Source: an uncultured Rikenella sp. (GTDB taxonomy: Bacteria; Bacteroidota; Bacteroidia; Bacteroidales; VadinHA17). Taken from it: a stretch of 64,000 nucleotides of DNA. The stretch lies in the NCBI GenBank assembly GCA_964635655.1, contig CAZWOC010000004.1, positions 29,521 to 93,520 on the forward strand, written 5' to 3'. Made by a program: the position numbers and the translations under genes. The notes beneath the pieces are model-generated. The model worked only from the letters and a program-made list of their open reading frames with translations. It ran no database searches and was not told the origin of the DNA. How positions within the stretch are numbered: the first letter of the stretch is position 1; every line of letters begins with the position of its first letter. Positions 61,424-64,000 of the stretch are shown here, in pieces.

Positions 61424-63469
61424 ATGAATTCAGACAATCCCCTGCTTAAAGACTGGACGACACCCTTCGGCATTCCCCCTTTTAACCTCATCAGGCCCGG
61501 ACATTTTAAACCGGCTGTGGTAGAGGCAATTAACGAAGCCAGAAAAGAGATCGATGCAATAGTTGCAAATCCTGATGAACCGGATTTTGGCAATACAATT
61601 GAAGCGCTCGAGCGGGCCGGATCATTGCTCAACCGCATCACACCTGTCCTGTTCAACCTGAACAGCTCAGACACAACCCCTGAACTGCAGGAAGCGGCCC
61701 GTGACGTATCTCCGCTGCTTGCAAATTTTTCAAATGATATTTCACTCAATTCTGATTTGTACAAGAAGGTGAAGTATGTTTTTGACAGAAGGGAAAACAT
61801 GGTTACCGACCCTGAACAGCTGATACTTCTTGAACGGAAGTACAGGAACTTTATCCGTGGCGGTGCAGGTCTGGCAGATGAGGCTAAGGAAAGGTTCAGG
61901 GCCATAACAGTGGAGCTCTCCTCCCTTTCACTGAAATTCGAGGAGAATGTCCTTGCTGAGACAAATGACTTCACTCTCCATCTCACCTCTGAGGAAGAGC
62001 TGGCAGGGCTTCCTGACGGAGTACGCGAAGCTGCATCGGCACTTGCTGATGAGAAAGGCATGAAAGGATGGCTCTTCACCCTGCATGCACCAAGTTATGT
62101 ACCATTCATGCAGTACGCTGACCGGCGTGACCTGAGGGAGACACTCTTCAGGGCCTATTCCCGGCGCGGTTTCCGAGGCAATGAATTTGACAACAGGGAA
62201 CTGGTTCTCAGGATAACTGAACTGAGGCTTGAAATGGCTAAGCTGCTCGGATACCCAAACTATGCCGCATATGCACTTGAGGAACGGATGGCCTCCACCC
62301 CCGGTGAGGTTAACGCCTTCCTGCGGAAACTGCTCGAGGCTTCAGCCCCTGCCGGCAAAAGAGATCTCAGGGATGTCGAAGATTATGCCCGAAGCCACGG
62401 ACATGAAGGAAAACTCGAAAGGTGGGACTGGGCATACTGGTCTGAGAAACTGCGATTGGAAAGGTTCAGCATCGATGATGAGGCACTGAGACCCTACATG
62501 CCTCTTGAAAAGGTCAGGGAGGCGGTACTGGAGCTTGCAACAAGGCTTTACGGACTCACCTTCATTGAAAACAGAAAAATCCCGGTATACAATGAAGAGG
62601 CGACCGCCATCGAGGTACATGACGGAGATAATGGGATTATTGCTATACTGATGCTCGATTTCCATCCACGGAAAGGGAAAAGCGGCGGGGCATGGATGAC
62701 CGGTTTCCGCGAGCAGTGGAAAGAAAACGGCCAAAGAATCATTCCGGTTGTATCACTTGTAATGAACTTCACCCGCCCGACACCCGCGAGACCATCACTC
62801 CTCTCTCACAGTGAGATGAATACATTTCTCCATGAATTTGGTCATGCCCTCCACGGGATGCTGTCAGACTGCACCTACGAGAGTCTCTCAGGGACCAATG
62901 TGAAACGTGATTTCGTGGAACTTCCCTCACAGATTATGGAGAACTGGTCATGGGAAAAAGAATGGCTTGACACCTGGGCCGCAGATTACCGGACTGGTGA
63001 AAAGATACCTGAAGAAATCCTTCTGAAGCTCAAGGAATCAGTTACTTACAATGAGGGATATGCCTGCATGCGACAGCTTGGATTCGGACTGCTCGACATG
63101 GCATGGCATTCTCTTGAAGAACCATTCAGGGGTGATATAGTTGTCTTTGAGCGTACATCCATGGCGCCGGCAGAACTTCTTCCCCCGGCAGACGGAGCAT
63201 GTATGAGCGTTTCGTTTGCCCACCTGTTCGCCGGCGGCTATGCCGCAGGCTATTACGGATACAAATGGGCTGAAGTCCTGGATGCCGACGCATTCAGCCT
63301 TTTCAGGGAGAAAGGGATATTCAACCAGGAGACGGCCGGTTCATTCCGCCGGAATATACTTGAAAAAGGAGGCAGCCGTGAACCTGACGAACTCTTCAGA
63401 ACTTTTCGCGGACGGGAACCTTCACAGGAACCTCTCATTGAGAGAAGCGGATTCAAAATTCACGGGTAA
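61424..63469 (+). CDS. dcp: Peptidyl-dipeptidase Dcp / oligopeptidase A-like M3 metallopeptidase
   Basis: 681 aa with the zinc motif HEFGHALH and typical M3 length. Confidence 0.88.
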   Translation: MNSDNPLLKDWTTPFGIPPFNLIRPGHFKPAVVEAINEARKEIDAIVANPDEPDFGNTIEALERAGSLLNRITPVLFNLNSSDTTPELQEAARDVSPLLANFSNDISLNSDLYKKVKYVFDRRENMVTDPEQLILLERKYRNFIRGGAGLADEAKERFRAITVELSSLSLKFEENVLAETNDFTLHLTSEEELAGLPDGVREAASALADEKGMKGWLFTLHAPSYVPFMQYADRRDLRETLFRAYSRRGFRGNEFDNRELVLRITELRLEMAKLLGYPNYAAYALEERMASTPGEVNAFLRKLLEASAPAGKRDLRDVEDYARSHGHEGKLERWDWAYWSEKLRLERFSIDDEALRPYMPLEKVREAVLELATRLYGLTFIENRKIPVYNEEATAIEVHDGDNGIIAILMLDFHPRKGKSGGAWMTGFREQWKENGQRIIPVVSLVMNFTRPTPARPSLLSHSEMNTFLHEFGHALHGMLSDCTYESLSGTNVKRDFVELPSQIMENWSWEKEWLDTWAADYRTGEKIPEEILLKLKESVTYNEGYACMRQLGFGLLDMAWHSLEEPFRGDIVVFERTSMAPAELLPPADGACMSVSFAHLFAGGYAAGYYGYKWAEVLDADAFSLFREKGIFNQETAGSFRRNILEKGGSREPDELFRTFRGREPSQEPLIERSGFKIHG

Positions 63470-63514
63470 AAAACGAGGCTGCCCCTCTTTGTATCAGGAC
63501 AGCCTCGAAAAAAA
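63467..63514 (-). terminator. Hairpin between convergent genes; canonical (U-tract) only for the minus-strand gene
   Basis: CGAGGCTG (63474-63481) pairs with CAGCCTCG (63500-63507). A-runs flank it on the plus strand, which become T-runs on the minus strand. Confidence 0.6.
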
Positions 63515-63536
63515 CTAAGATATTCTGTAGTATCTC

Positions 63537-64000
63537 TTACAGGGCAGTAAACAATCTGACTGCACACGCAGGAGAGGCATCTCTCATACCGCTTAATGTA
63601 TGGTGTACAAATCGGCCCAGGGTGCCTGTCCAATAATCGGAGTACGCCACATACTTTCCTGAACTGTTTTTGATCTGCAGATCACCAACGACGTTCCCGT
63701 TATCATCAACCACCTTGATTTTGTAATCAATCCTTCGATCATTGACTAAAAGACTTGATTTCAGAAGAAGGACCGGCTCCCAGCCGGTTGACTCTCCGAA
63801 AGCTACCGGTGATCCGATATTCACCGGCTGGCTCGTACGGTGACTGACATACTGGTATTGCAGCTTCAGTGTGGTAGGCACACCGGCAGTTTCGTAAAGG
63901 AAGTTATAGAATCTTACCCAGGTTATTGAATCAGTCGTCACGGTCTGCCTTCTGACATAAGGATACAAATTGTCGAATACAACCGGCGGCGTATTAAAAT
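63537..64000 (-). CDS. Hypothetical protein, C-terminal part only (N-terminus beyond the window)
   Basis: The track ORF begins at a TTG (63968), but the frame stays open to the window end (...FNTPPVVFDNLYPYVRRQ...). I did not recognise any motif. Confidence 0.5.
   Translation of the reverse strand, partial: FNTPPVVFDNLYPYVRRQTVTTDSITWVRFYNFLYETAGVPTTLKLQYQYVSHRTSQPVNIGSPVAFGESTGWEPVLLLKSSLLVNDRRIDYKIKVVDDNGNVVGDLQIKNSSGKYVAYSDYWTGTLGRFVHHTLSGMRDASPACAVRLFTAL

Noticed and set aside
61261-62079. 272-aa minus-strand ORF, Ser/Ala-rich, in the ORF track
   Set aside because: It lies almost entirely antisense to the well-supported dcp gene (HEFGHALH metallopeptidase). It has low-complexity composition, no motif, and no promoter or terminator context. 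It is most likely a frame artefact.
1-64000. Search for defence systems, prophage, integrative elements, tRNA/rRNA genes and riboswitches
   Set aside because: By eye I saw no restriction/modification, Cas, toxin-antitoxin, integrase, transposase or phage-like genes. I also saw no tRNA-like T-arm sequences and no recognisable riboswitch cores. An Infernal/tRNAscan run would be needed to exclude small RNAs formally.

Overview
This is a Bacteroidota-type chromosomal segment, judged from SusC/SusD pairs, a hybrid two-component regulator and TAnnTTTG -7 promoter boxes. It is almost entirely devoted to sugar-acid catabolism. Order of contents: (1) an [FeFe]-hydrogenase operon on the minus strand (hydC, hydB, and hydA cut by the window edge). 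(2) A G+C-rich pectin/homogalacturonan PUL: kduI, kduD, a DUF4861 lipoprotein, HTCS regulator, GH105, SusC, SusD, GH28 and CE8. (3) A clearly more AT-rich second PUL module (about 19.5-34.3 kb): SusC, SusD, an orphan 597-aa exported protein, AraC regulator, kdgK, a signal-less GH105, an unusually large Na+/solute symporter and a signal-less DUF4861-like protein. (4) A myo-inositol-type block (iolB, transaldolase-family gene, iolD, iolA, iolE-like, iolG) with no recognisable iolC or iolJ, followed by second copies of kduI and kduD. (5) A hexuronate operon (uxaE-like, uxaC, eda, exuT, SDR reductase) ending in a LarA-like gene that keeps the His/Lys/His nickel-pincer spacing, then pdxB, gnd and tkt. 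(6) Housekeeping genes: an SRPBCC/GyrI fusion, HAD hydrolase, mnmD, three PPIases, DUF3127 and dcp. I saw no tRNA, rRNA, CRISPR, transposase, integrase or defence genes. The best candidates for something undescribed are the SusCD-to-iol locus at 20.3-43.7 kb, the transaldolase-containing iol variant, the LarA-like epimerase candidate, and tandem 8-mer and 7-mer arrays whose two 8-mer copies sit in inverted orientation about 46 kb apart. Functions are inferred from motifs read by eye. No database search was run.
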